Assembly: GCA_965263355.1 (NCBI GenBank)
Contig: CBDHHL010000056.1
Span: forward strand, 448,001-512,000
Length of the DNA stretch: 64,000 nt
Direction: 5' to 3'
Source: Leptolyngbyaceae cyanobacterium
GTDB taxonomy: Bacteria > Cyanobacteriota > Cyanobacteriia > Phormidesmidales > Phormidesmidaceae
Positions 28,722 to 38,099 of this stretch are shown piece after piece; position 1 is the stretch's first letter; the number at the start of each line of letters is the position of its first letter. The translations under genes were made by a program, and so were the position numbers. Under the pieces are notes generated by a model. That model was given only the letters and a program-made list of their open reading frames with translations. It did no database searches and was not told where the DNA came from.

Positions 28722-29591
28722 ATGGAAACCGCCGCCAACCGCGTCCAAATCCTTAGCGAAGCCTTACCCTACATCCAAAAATTTCGTGGCCGTACCGTTG
28801 TAATTAAATATGGCGGTGCCGCGATGAAAGATAGCAGTCTCAAGGACGACGTCATTCGCGACATTGTCTTTATGGCCTGTGTCGGCATTCACCCCGTCGT
28901 TGTTCACGGCGGTGGTCCCGAAATCAATACCTGGCTTGGCAAACTCGGCATTGAAGCCCAATTTAAAGATGGTTTGCGCGTGACCGATGCCCCCACCATG
29001 GACGTGGTGGAAATGGTGCTTGTGGGCCGAGTAAATAAAGAATTAGTCGGTTTAGTCAACGCCGCTGGCGGGAGTGCCGTTGGCCTCTGTGGCAAAGACG
29101 GCAATATGATTACCGCCCGTCCCCATGCCGCTGAAGGGATCGGCTTTGTCGGCGAAGTCACCCGGATTGAACCGAAACTGGTTAAATCTCTGGTGGAAGC
29201 AAGCTATATTCCAATTATTTCCAGCGTTGCTGCTGACCCCCAAGGCCAACCCTACAATATCAATGCCGATACGGTCGCCGGTGAACTGGCCGCTGCCCTC
29301 AATGCCGAAAAGTTAATTCTCCTGACCGACACCCCCGGCATCCTCAAGGATTATCACGATCCATCCACCCTTTATAACAAGCTAGACATTCAAGCTGCCC
29401 GTGACCTGATCGACTCCGGCATTGTCTCCGGCGGCATGATTCCTAAAGTTACCTGCTGTATCCGTGCCCTGGCCCAGGGTGTGCGCGGTGCCCACATCAT
29501 CGACGGACGGGTTGCCCATTCCCTATTGCTTGAAACCTTTACTAACTCAGGTATTGGTACTATGTTAGTCGCCTCGCATAAGACCGCTTAG
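28722..29591 (+). CDS. argB: Acetylglutamate kinase
   Basis: [29 protein letters not shown]. Confidence 0.97.
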   Translation: METAANRVQILSEALPYIQKFRGRTVVIKYGGAAMKDSSLKDDVIRDIVFMACVGIHPVVVHGGGPEINTWLGKLGIEAQFKDGLRVTDAPTMDVVEMVLVGRVNKELVGLVNAAGGSAVGLCGKDGNMITARPHAAEGIGFVGEVTRIEPKLVKSLVEASYIPIISSVAADPQGQPYNINADTVAGELAAALNAEKLILLTDTPGILKDYHDPSTLYNKLDIQAARDLIDSGIVSGGMIPKVTCCIRALAQGVRGAHIIDGRVAHSLLLETFTNSGIGTMLVASHKTA

Positions 29592-29687
29592 GCCATTCGG
29601 TATAACCTTTTCGAGAAAACACCTTAGAATAAGGCGCAGGATTTAAACTAAAATCCAAGCTCTGCGCCCTATTCTTTCTCCCCCAAA

Positions 29688-30836
29688 ATGGCAGCTACCT
29701 GGTGGACTAAACTCAAACAAAACTCCCTGGCCCGGTTTGGGGCTACGGTGCTGATTATATTTTACCTGACGGTAGCGTTTGCTGAGCTGACGGCCCCCTA
29801 TGATCCGTACGAGCAGCAGCCGAATGGGTCGTTGTTGCCGCCGACTACGGTGTACTGGCGGGACCAGGTGTCGGGTAAGTTTTTGGGTCCCCATGTGTAT
29901 CCGGTCAGTCAGGGTCCGGTGGACATTGAAACAGGTGACCGGGTGACGGCAACGGATTTTTCACAGCCGTCGCCGATTCGGTTATGGGTTAAGGGGGCAG
30001 AATACAAGCTGTTTCAGCTAAAGCTACCTTTTGTAAAAAGTATTTCCTTTGAAGACTCGATGCAGCTGGAGGAGACTGTTCTCTTTAAGGGATTGACCTT
30101 TGACCGTCATTTGTTTGGCACCGTTGGCGAGGGCAAGTGGAATATTTTTGGTACAGATGAGTCGGCCCGAGACCAGCTGAGTCGGTTGATTCATGGGGGA
30201 CGCATTAGTCTCAGCATTGGTCTGGTGGGGATTATCATTACTTTTCCGCTGGGGCTGCTGGTGGGCGGAATATCGGGTTACTTTGGTGGCACCGTAGATG
30301 CGGTGATTATGCGGCTGGTCGAGGTGATTATGACCATCCCTGGGTTCTTTTTGTTGGTTACCCTGGCGGCAGTGCTACCGGCGGGGTTGAGCAGTTCTCA
30401 GAGATTTTTGTTAATTGTTTTAATTCTGTCGTTTATTGGTTGGACCGGTCTGGCAAGAATTATTCGCGGTGAGGTGTTATCGCTAAAGGAACGTACCTTT
30501 GTGCAGGCGAGTCAGGCCATGGGGGGGCGTTCGTTGCATATTATTTTGCGACACATTTTGCCGCAGACGGCCACCTATGTAATTATTTCGGCAACGTTAG
30601 CGATTCCGGGGTATATTCTCTCGGAATCGGCCCTGAGCTTTATTGGTCTGGGGATTCAGCAGCCGGATGCGTCCTGGGGGAATATGTTGTCGTCGGCGAC
30701 GAATGCGTCGATTTTGGTGTTGCATCCGTGGTTGATTTGGCCGCCTGCGGCGTTGATTGTGATTACGGTATTGTGTTTTAACCTGTTGGGCGATGGTCTG
30801 CGGGATGCGTTGGATCCACGTAGTTTGGAAGAGTAG
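29688..30836 (+). CDS. Peptide/nickel ABC transporter permease (OppC/DppC type)
   Basis: FGTDE..RD..SRL, EAA-like loop, HILP, LSFIGLG, FNLLGDGLRDALDP. Confidence 0.92.
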   Translation: MAATWWTKLKQNSLARFGATVLIIFYLTVAFAELTAPYDPYEQQPNGSLLPPTTVYWRDQVSGKFLGPHVYPVSQGPVDIETGDRVTATDFSQPSPIRLWVKGAEYKLFQLKLPFVKSISFEDSMQLEETVLFKGLTFDRHLFGTVGEGKWNIFGTDESARDQLSRLIHGGRISLSIGLVGIIITFPLGLLVGGISGYFGGTVDAVIMRLVEVIMTIPGFFLLVTLAAVLPAGLSSSQRFLLIVLILSFIGWTGLARIIRGEVLSLKERTFVQASQAMGGRSLHIILRHILPQTATYVIISATLAIPGYILSESALSFIGLGIQQPDASWGNMLSSATNASILVLHPWLIWPPAALIVITVLCFNLLGDGLRDALDPRSLEE

Positions 30837-30859
30837 GGGGTAGGGTCACTGTTGTCCAA

Positions 30860-30988
30860 GCCCCCAAACCCCCAAGCCTGGGGGCTTCAGAAACAGCACT
30901 CAACTGAAAATACCTAAAGCTAGTAATTCCTCATATTTGAGATTTTTTAATCTCGCATCAAAGCCCCCAATGTTGGGGGGTTGGGGGC
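30860..30988. mobile_element. MITE-like element with C/G-rich terminal inverted repeats
   Basis: GCCCCCAAACCCCCAAGCCTGGGGGCTT ... AAGCCCCCAATGTTGGGGGGTTGGGGGC; related half-element at 53607-53640. Confidence 0.6.
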
Positions 30989-31028
30989 CTGAGCGAAGGG
31001 TCAGCGAAGCCGAACCCCGGTCTATCGT

Positions 31029-31346
31029 CTATTTTTTCCAGAGTTGTTCATTCAGCGCTTCATATTCTGTCCAGTCGATCTCGTCCCAGCGGCCTTCATC
31101 GGCGAGTTCAGCGGCTTCGTATTTAATGTCAGCTAGGCGATCGTAAATGTCGGCCAATGCGTTGTCGCCTTCGTCCCGTATTTTTTGAGCTTGGACTTCA
31201 TATTCCATGGCAGTTTGACGAAAATCATCGCCCCCATTGCTATCTACTTCTGCTAGCAATGGGGCGTTAAATCCGATGCCGACGAACACAATGGCTGTTA
31301 AGGCAAACAGTTTTGTTACAGAGTTAGTTTTTAAATATTTGGTCAT
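31029..31346 (-). CDS. Small secreted acidic helical hypothetical protein
   Basis: Signal-peptide-like N-terminus; D/E-rich helical body. Confidence 0.7.
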   Translation of the reverse strand: MTKYLKTNSVTKLFALTAIVFVGIGFNAPLLAEVDSNGGDDFRQTAMEYEVQAQKIRDEGDNALADIYDRLADIKYEAAELADEGRWDEIDWTEYEALNEQLWKK

Positions 31347-31435
31347 TATCTGGCTCCGTTAAGGGTGTGCAATGCTTTCCTTGATCTTTCTTAGGAGCGT
31401 TTGCTACGTCCACCGTGATCGCACTCATCCGGTTG

Positions 31436-31582
31436 TCATACGAAATCTGGGTTGTCTGCATCCGATATTGCAGGGTGGGCACAAGGCACCGCCCCTACCA
31501 GGTTGTCTATTTTGAACCGAGTTTAATGAATTCGGATTTGGTATCAGTTGACGTAGGGGCACTCCCTTATGGATGCCCCTCC
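31436..31582. mobile_element. MITE-like element (31436-31546) with an internal REP-like hairpin, plus an adjacent GTAG REP (31553-31582)
   Basis: Imperfect TIRs TCATACGAAATCTG / CGGATTTGGTATCA; internal GGTGGGCACAAGGCACCGCCCCTAC. Confidence 0.5.
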
Positions 31583-31693
31583 AATAATGAACTCAGCTAA
31601 ACACTATTTATGATTGTTTTGCTCCTTGCCATAGATGGTCCTCAGTTAGCTATGATCAAAGAAGGCTAGTTTCCTTGTTCTCTTATATAATTC

Positions 31694-32101
31694 ATGGCCA
31701 AAGATCGCTTTCATAATGTAGTGCGAACAGCCCTCGAAAAAGAGGGTTGGGTGATTACTGATGATCCGTATGAACTTAACGTTGGGGACGTTGATTTTGA
31801 AATTGATCTCGCAGCTGAACTCATTGCTGCCGAACGGGAAAATGAAAAAATAGCCGTAGAAATTAAAAGCTTTATTAGTCGTTCAGCCGTTTCTGATTTT
31901 CATACAGCCCTTGGACAATGCATTAACTATCAATTTGCATTAGCTGAAGTAGATCCCCAGCGAATTTTATATTTAGCCATTCCGGAAATAATTTATCAGT
32001 CATTCTTTCAGCGGCGCTTTATTCGTTCTGTTATCGACAAAATACAGATCAACTTGCTTACTTACGATGAAGATAAGGAGACTATTCAGCAATGGCTGTA
32101 G
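31694..32101 (+). CDS. xisH: XisH-family protein
   Basis: MAKDRFH..V..AL.KEGW.ITDDP, IAVEIKSF, FHTALGQ, LYLAIP. Confidence 0.95.
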   Translation: MAKDRFHNVVRTALEKEGWVITDDPYELNVGDVDFEIDLAAELIAAERENEKIAVEIKSFISRSAVSDFHTALGQCINYQFALAEVDPQRILYLAIPEIIYQSFFQRRFIRSVIDKIQINLLTYDEDKETIQQWL

Positions 32102-32424
32102 AACAATATCGTCAATGGGTTCAGGATTTACTTCTGGAAAGGGCCAACCGAAAACCCACTTTTCCTGAAATTGAAACCCAGGCCATTCTGGATACTGAAC
32201 GAGATCATTATTTGCTTTTACATACTGGTTGGCGTAATAATCGTCGCACCCATGGCTGCAGTCTTCACCTGGATATCAAAGATGGCAAAATCTGGATCCA
32301 GCATGACGGCACTGAAATTGGGATTGCGACCCAGCTCTTAGAACTTGGGATTCCTGCAGATGACATTGTCCTGGGTTTTCAAGCTCCCAACAGACGTCAG
32401 TACACCGAATTTGCCGTTAGCTAG
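32092..32424 (+). CDS. xisI: XisI-family protein
   Basis: DHYLL..GW, HLDIKDGKIWIQHDGTE, DIVLGF...R.YTEFA. Confidence 0.95.
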   Translation: MAVEQYRQWVQDLLLERANRKPTFPEIETQAILDTERDHYLLLHTGWRNNRRTHGCSLHLDIKDGKIWIQHDGTEIGIATQLLELGIPADDIVLGFQAPNRRQYTEFAVS

Positions 32425-32858
32425 AACATTCCAATCGTCCATATCAGCCTATATAACAGGCTACAAAAGTCAATATTTTGCGGTCTATTTTGATAATGAA
32501 TGCCATAGTCATAAAAGTTGATGCTTTATGGGTTTATGGCTGCTGATAAACCGTCGGGTCCTGAACGTCGTTGGATAGAGCAGTGAACGGGGCATTAAAG
32601 ACGCTGAGGCGCTAGTTAATCAGCTAGATCGGATGGATCAAGCCTTACAATGGCAGCTATCGGGGTTTGATGGCAAATATTTATAGCGGGTGAGTGCCGC
32701 CTGTTTGTATAGTGAAACGGAAGGCTACCGCCAGTCAGAGGACATTAAATATCATTAATGGCAGTCCTCTGGTAGGGATATGATAAATAAAATCTGCAGA
32801 GCTTTGAGCATGCGGCCAGGCAAGTTGCTTTAAAGGTATCTGATGAGAAGCATAGATA

Positions 32859-33071
32859 ATGCCATATGAGCCAAAAGCCAACGAAACTAACTACTGGGCA
32901 GCATCCGAACGTGACTGTGAAAAGATGGAGCGCAATCAAGGGTGGACGCTAAAAAGAACTGAGAGGCATGGCAAAGGTGGGCCGCTGCCAGTAGACTTTG
33001 TGTTCGAGGGTAACGTAACCCTCCCAAAAGGTTCGATGGACTATTCAGCTGGAGACGACACCAATGGTTAG
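32859..33071 (+). CDS. Small hypothetical protein, first gene of a coupled pair
   Basis: 70-aa ORF overlapping the next start. Confidence 0.6.
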   Translation: MPYEPKANETNYWAASERDCEKMERNQGWTLKRTERHGKGGPLPVDFVFEGNVTLPKGSMDYSAGDDTNG

Positions 33072-33452
33072 GAAATTGATTCTGTTTTATGCTGACAGTG
33101 GCAATAACTCAAAAGATTACGCAACACTAGTCCGTGATGGTGACACCCAGCAGCTTAGACTGATTGCTCAGCACTATGACTCAAGCAATGGTCCTATCCC
33201 TAACGAAGGCTATCGTCTGTCTGAGTATAAAAAAGGAATCGTTGGCGACAGACCGACGACGACCCATCACCGACCAGGCCCATGGCTAGTTGAAACAGTG
33301 GAAAGCTACCTCCCCGCGATTTACCTGTAGGGACTGAGTTTGTAGAGGTCGTTATCTGCAGTTGTAACTATGTTCCTTTGCCCGACCAAGAAAACCCATG
33401 GATTGAGATGATTCAACGCCAAATGTCAGAGGGACACCTGATCGAAGCATAG
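33064..33452 (+). pseudogene. Hypothetical protein, probably frameshifted near 33316
   Basis: The ORF stops at 33330, but another frame continues DLPVGTEFVEVVICSCNYVPLPDQENPW...EA* to 33452. Confidence 0.55.
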
Positions 33453-33710
33453 AAATGGGGATTATATATCGGTTATTGAACATTATCCAATTGCAACAGT
33501 TCGGCACATTAGTGGTGTTTGGTGGGGAGCCTAGGATAGGCAGGCAGTTTTAGAGTTCGACGTGTATGAATAGATGCTAACACCTGTCTACTCTGTAGTT
33601 TCCTGCTACTGATTTTCTGAGTCGCAATCTACCTATAACGCAAAATACAATGGCTACTTTTCTCGACGATTTAGGATCGTTAATCTGTGGCAAGCGCCCT
33701 TGACATCTGT

Positions 33711-35183
33711 TTAAGCATCATCTTCCTTAGGGAATTCCATAAATAGATACTTGAGCCCTTTCCCCTCAGCCAATTCATCAATTCTAAGGCCTTCGATCAA
33801 CCACTTTTCAGTGTTAAAACTTTCATTGGATTGTTGACAAATCAATAAGTGAACCACAATGCTAGCCCCGTACCAAAATAACCAGCTAAAAATTAATGCA
33901 AATGTGCCAATAGCAGCTAAACCAATAGCTTGGATGATTAACAGATCCGCCCCACCACCAAAGAGAATTCCTGAAGTTTCAGGAACAAATAATTTTAATG
34001 GCTTCCAATTGAGATAAATACTTTCATTGCTAAATAGACCAACTGCGAGTGTACCCCAAACACCACAGGCACAATGCACAGGAACAGCGCTAACTGGATC
34101 GTCAATTCTCGCCTTCTCTAAAATAATTTCGGCAGCAAGTACGATGATCCCGCCAATAAAACCTATCAAAGCTGCGCTTGGAATATCCACGTAGGCACAA
34201 GGAGCTGTAATACTTACACAACCTGCTAAAATCCCGTTGATGATAGAGGCCAAGCTTGGTTTCTGATTCCACAGGAAAGAGAAAAATGTTGCAGCGATAG
34301 AACCGGTAGCCCCTGCAATCATAGTTGCAACAACGATGTGGGAAATTGCGCTTGGATCTGCATTCAGAGTTGAACCAGCATTAAATCCAAACCAACCTAA
34401 CCAAAGAATAAAACAGCCAATTACTGCAAACCCAAAATTAAGTTCATCAGATGGAATCGGATTTGATTTTATTTTTCCATTGTCCAGTTTTTCGAATCGA
34501 CCAAGTCTTGGACCAAGTAACCAAGTACCAACCAAACCACCACATCCACCCACAAAGTGGACAACTGTGGAACCAGCAAAATCCCTAAACCCTAGAAGGT
34601 GCAACCATCCACTTTCAGCCCATACCCAATGCCCTAAAAAGGAATACACCAATGTAAATAGAAGGCTGAATATCACAAAGGTACTAAACCTGACTCGCTC
34701 AGCAACAGCACCAGAAACGATAGTCGCTGCTGTACCCGCAAACATTAGCTGGAAAAAGAAGTGAGCGTTCAGAGGCAACGAACCTACCTTAGGGGGAATA
34801 TTCTGACCTGCTAAGAAAAGGCCTCCCCAGCCTAAATAGCTACCGTCACCAGTAAACATTAATCCGTAGCCCAAGACCCAAAAAACGACCGCAGCTAGAG
34901 AGAATACAATCAAGTTCTTAGCTAATACTACAACTGCATTTTTTTCCCTGCATAATCCTGCTTCGAGCATGGCAAACCCCCCACCCATGAAAAATACGAG
35001 ACAGGCAGACAGGATTACCCAGAGCGTATCTTCTGCTGACAATTCTGGAGAAGATGCCTGAGCTGAAGCTGCAGAACATAGAAATATGATTGAAAAGCCA
35101 ACTAGAAAATAGAACAGCTGTCGCCAACTTCGATTTCGTTTTCCGAGCATGACTAATTTTAGTGTCAACGTTTGAGATGCCAA
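33711..35183 (-). CDS. amt: Ammonium transporter (Amt family), divergent C-tail
   Basis: [44 protein letters not shown]. Confidence 0.93.
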   Translation of the reverse strand: MASQTLTLKLVMLGKRNRSWRQLFYFLVGFSIIFLCSAASAQASSPELSAEDTLWVILSACLVFFMGGGFAMLEAGLCREKNAVVVLAKNLIVFSLAAVVFWVLGYGLMFTGDGSYLGWGGLFLAGQNIPPKVGSLPLNAHFFFQLMFAGTAATIVSGAVAERVRFSTFVIFSLLFTLVYSFLGHWVWAESGWLHLLGFRDFAGSTVVHFVGGCGGLVGTWLLGPRLGRFEKLDNGKIKSNPIPSDELNFGFAVIGCFILWLGWFGFNAGSTLNADPSAISHIVVATMIAGATGSIAATFFSFLWNQKPSLASIINGILAGCVSITAPCAYVDIPSAALIGFIGGIIVLAAEIILEKARIDDPVSAVPVHCACGVWGTLAVGLFSNESIYLNWKPLKLFVPETSGILFGGGADLLIIQAIGLAAIGTFALIFSWLFWYGASIVVHLLICQQSNESFNTEKWLIEGLRIDELAEGKGLKYLFMEFPKEDDA

Positions 35184-35643
35184 TAAACTATGTCTTCCAA
35201 AAACATTTACGCATAGCGTTCATATGTCAAACCTATGCCTTTAACTGTAAAGGTCTAGCTCAAAGTAGAGCAATCACAGCAACAACTTACATGACTCAAA
35301 CTTAGAAAAATGTGTGTTAAGTATCAAACTTAATCCAAAAGTTGGATAACTGTACTGATATTGCGTACTAATCTATGATACTGTAACTTAACTGAGCTAA
35401 AGATTAGGCCAATCAAAATCTAAAGTTTTGCGTGAGTAACCTTGCAAATCACTTGTCGAGTCTGCAGATTTGTATAGCAATAATCAAAGGCAATAAAACT
35501 TAATACTGTTTTGCATGCATCACTGCTGCATCGATTCTGTGGTGCATGTCAATTGTGTATATGTTTGTTTATACTAAAGGGGAGGGTAAGTTTTTGGTTT
35601 TGTCAAGCCCTTCTAATTGGTTTGTGTGTGGAGTTCTTAAGAG

Positions 35644-36291
35644 ATGTCGGTTGAGCCTGACAAAGACGATAGTCTTATTGATAACGTCGTAGACCTTGCC
35701 AGCAAAAAAGTTATAGGCGCGGCTGCAAAAGGTATTGAGCAAGCTGTCGATGCTAACATTACGGAAAAGGTTGAGGAAAAGGCTCAGACGACTACAATGT
35801 CAGTCTTTTATAGTCCAAAGCTGCTGGGCTGGTTACTTTTGGTTTTCATAATTGTGGTTGCAGGGTATGCGATAGTTGAGAATAATAGCCGTAGGGGAGG
35901 ACGTATTTCGCAGCAATCAACCAGCGGTTCTGCAGTATCCCCCGCACCATCAAGTAATCCTACTCAAGCTGAAGATCCAGTAGAAGCGAACGAACCCGAT
36001 TCTACTCAGAATGACTCAGATAGGAGCTGTAAGGTTCGGAATGATGATACTGCACACGCAAGTGCTCTGTCTCTAGATGCGACTGATGCTATAAGAGTTA
36101 CTGAATATAAAGGCAAAATAGCGTTCTATCAAAAAGGGTGTAATTTGAAGGCAGAAGTTTTCATCAAGCAGCCAATGATAGATGCAGAAATGGCTAGTCT
36201 TGAGAAAGAAATTACCAATATTGTAATGGATAATCTATCTTCAGATGTGAGTCACAAGGTGAGAATAGATTTTACTTATCCTTTGCAATAA
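35644..36291 (+). CDS. Single-pass membrane hypothetical protein
   Basis: One TM helix, S/P/T-rich linker, small C-terminal domain with 2 Cys. Confidence 0.7.
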   Translation: MSVEPDKDDSLIDNVVDLASKKVIGAAAKGIEQAVDANITEKVEEKAQTTTMSVFYSPKLLGWLLLVFIIVVAGYAIVENNSRRGGRISQQSTSGSAVSPAPSSNPTQAEDPVEANEPDSTQNDSDRSCKVRNDDTAHASALSLDATDAIRVTEYKGKIAFYQKGCNLKAEVFIKQPMIDAEMASLEKEITNIVMDNLSSDVSHKVRIDFTYPLQ

Positions 36292-36513
36292 TCAAAGCAG
36301 TTGAAAAACTAGAATTGTTGCTAGTAATATTATTAATACATTTAGTATAACCCTATTTGAAAAACAAACAAATGGTCCGTTGACGGTGTTGATGCCCTAA
36401 TCATATTGTCGCCAATGGACGATCCGTTGATTTTTGGTGCAAGTGCCTGAGCAAAAACGATGCTGATTCCGAGCAGATTTGCTGAAATAGAGGTAACCTC
36501 CCTGCAAATCCCT

Positions 36514-37008
36514 ATGACCCTCAGAAAAAGTCAGACTCCACAGAAGGACATTACTGGCAACGCCAATAAATATGAAGCCTATCGTGAAGCCTGGTCGCGG
36601 ATTAAGCTAGCCCAGGAAAATCATTTCTTTCTGGAAGCGATTACAATTCAGGAGAGCATTATCTCTGACCGGCTTATTCGGTTTCTATCATTGCCTGGGT
36701 CTAAGAATCCGTTTGCAAAGAAAAAGAAAAAGAAATACATGAGCTTCTCGGACCTGATCCAGGCCTGGAAGGTAAATTATCCCCACGGATTACCGTCAGG
36801 CGATTACCCAGATCTCACCGCTGCCGTAGATACCTGGCGACGTCAGCGCAATGACGCCATTCATTCCATCGTAAATCCTAAACCAGGGGAAGATACTCAG
36901 CCCATTGATTCCTTTTTGAATCAAGCCAAAGAAACGGCAGAGGAAGGTACGCGGCTTGCCCGTGAGGTCTGTAACTGGTGTCAAAAGGTGAAAAAGTCAA
37001 GCCTATAA
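36514..37008 (+). CDS. Hypothetical protein with HEPN-like R-X4-H motif (start may be 36460)
   Basis: FFLEAITIQESII...WRRQRNDAIH. Confidence 0.65.
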   Translation: MTLRKSQTPQKDITGNANKYEAYREAWSRIKLAQENHFFLEAITIQESIISDRLIRFLSLPGSKNPFAKKKKKKYMSFSDLIQAWKVNYPHGLPSGDYPDLTAAVDTWRRQRNDAIHSIVNPKPGEDTQPIDSFLNQAKETAEEGTRLAREVCNWCQKVKKSSL

Positions 37009-37029
37009 GGTTTGTCCATGGGTTCCCCT

Positions 37030-37056
37030 GTAGGGGCCTTGCATGCAAGGTCCCTA
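37030..37056. repeat. GTAG-type REP palindrome
   Basis: GTAGGGGCCTTGCATGCAAGGTCCCTA. Confidence 0.75.
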
Positions 37057-37075
37057 ACGAGGTAGAACGACCCCA

Positions 37076-37267
37076 CAGTTAGCTATGATCAAGGAAGGAT
37101 AGATTCCTTGTTCTCTAACAATCATTTATGGCTAAAGATCGCTTCCACAATGTAGTGCGAACAGCCCTCGAAAAAGAGGGTTGGGTGATTACTGATGACC
37201 CGTATGAACTTAATGTTGGGGAAGTCGATTTTGAACACGTCAGTATACCGAATTTGCAATTAGCTAA
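37076..37267 (+). pseudogene. Internally deleted xisH-xisI copy: upstream region plus 36 xisH codons joined to the xisI tail
   Basis: 37076-37235 matches 31643-31801; 37237-37267 matches the end of xisI (ACGTCAGTAYACCGAATTTGC..TTAGCTA). Confidence 0.9.
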
Positions 37268-37275
37268 TTCCCTTA

Positions 37276-37812
37276 TTAAATCGACCGATCATAACCATAT
37301 ATATTCCCATAGGCATCTGAAAGTGAGTCTTTATGCCCCCATCCTTCCGTAGCGTTTTTGACGATCTCGTAAGCTCTGGGTTGAAACTGCTCGGTTAGCT
37401 TATGTTTCTGCATTAAGGCTAGAGCTTTTTCAAACATTTCTTCTGGGCGAGAATAGTATTTTTCACCATCAGGCCCATATTCTGAACAAAACCATGAAAC
37501 GCTCTCCACATAGGTCAGCATAATGTCAATAATGGGTTCTGGATCGTTTGTAAGCTTCTTGAAGTCATTAATCGCTTGACGTGCAACCGAAAATCTTGCC
37601 TTTGGCAATGTGCGTGTATGCTGATCAGCAAATTCTTTTTCGATAATGGCTTTATATTTCGCTAAAAGCTCCCAAATATCACCGCATTGAGCCTTATAGT
37701 ACTCTTTGACTTGAGGAAATGTTTTACAAAGCGTCGCTATTTCTTTAATGAGGTCTTCTTTGCTCTTATGAGACAGCTGTTTTTTCAGGTTTGTAATCGT
37801 AAATTTTTCCAT
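37276..37812 (-). CDS. DUF6155-like hypothetical protein
   Basis: LKKQL...SKEDLIKEI..L...FPQVKEYY, ARQAINDFKK, LTYVE. Confidence 0.7.
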   Translation of the reverse strand: MEKFTITNLKKQLSHKSKEDLIKEIATLCKTFPQVKEYYKAQCGDIWELLAKYKAIIEKEFADQHTRTLPKARFSVARQAINDFKKLTNDPEPIIDIMLTYVESVSWFCSEYGPDGEKYYSRPEEMFEKALALMQKHKLTEQFQPRAYEIVKNATEGWGHKDSLSDAYGNIYGYDRSI

Positions 37813-38099
37813 TTTTAACCAGCGGAAAAAACGTTCTCAATTATATGAGCGATAACCTCAGTTTCCATTTTAGATTTAGACAGACTTAATTAAAGGGTAG
37901 GTATTGAGGGTATCAACTTAAACAGGAAAATCTCGACTAGGGCTGAATTCGGAAGTCAGAATAAGTCCTCTGGGTGACCTAACGGTACGGAAGTCAGCAG
38001 GGGAGGATATTCCGAATTCCGAACTCTAGATCCCTAGGGAAATCGTCCCGCTTTATGTTAATACCCGGTAATGTTTGGCAGGTTTAGTAAGCACATTAT

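Noticed and set aside
31694..32424. fdxN-type excision element
   Set aside because: No xisF recombinase and no interrupted nif/fdxN gene in the window
37128..37352. Intact 74-aa XisH protein as listed in the ORF track
   Set aside because: It is a deletion chimera; residues after VDFE are out-of-frame xisI tail and antisense of the neighbouring gene
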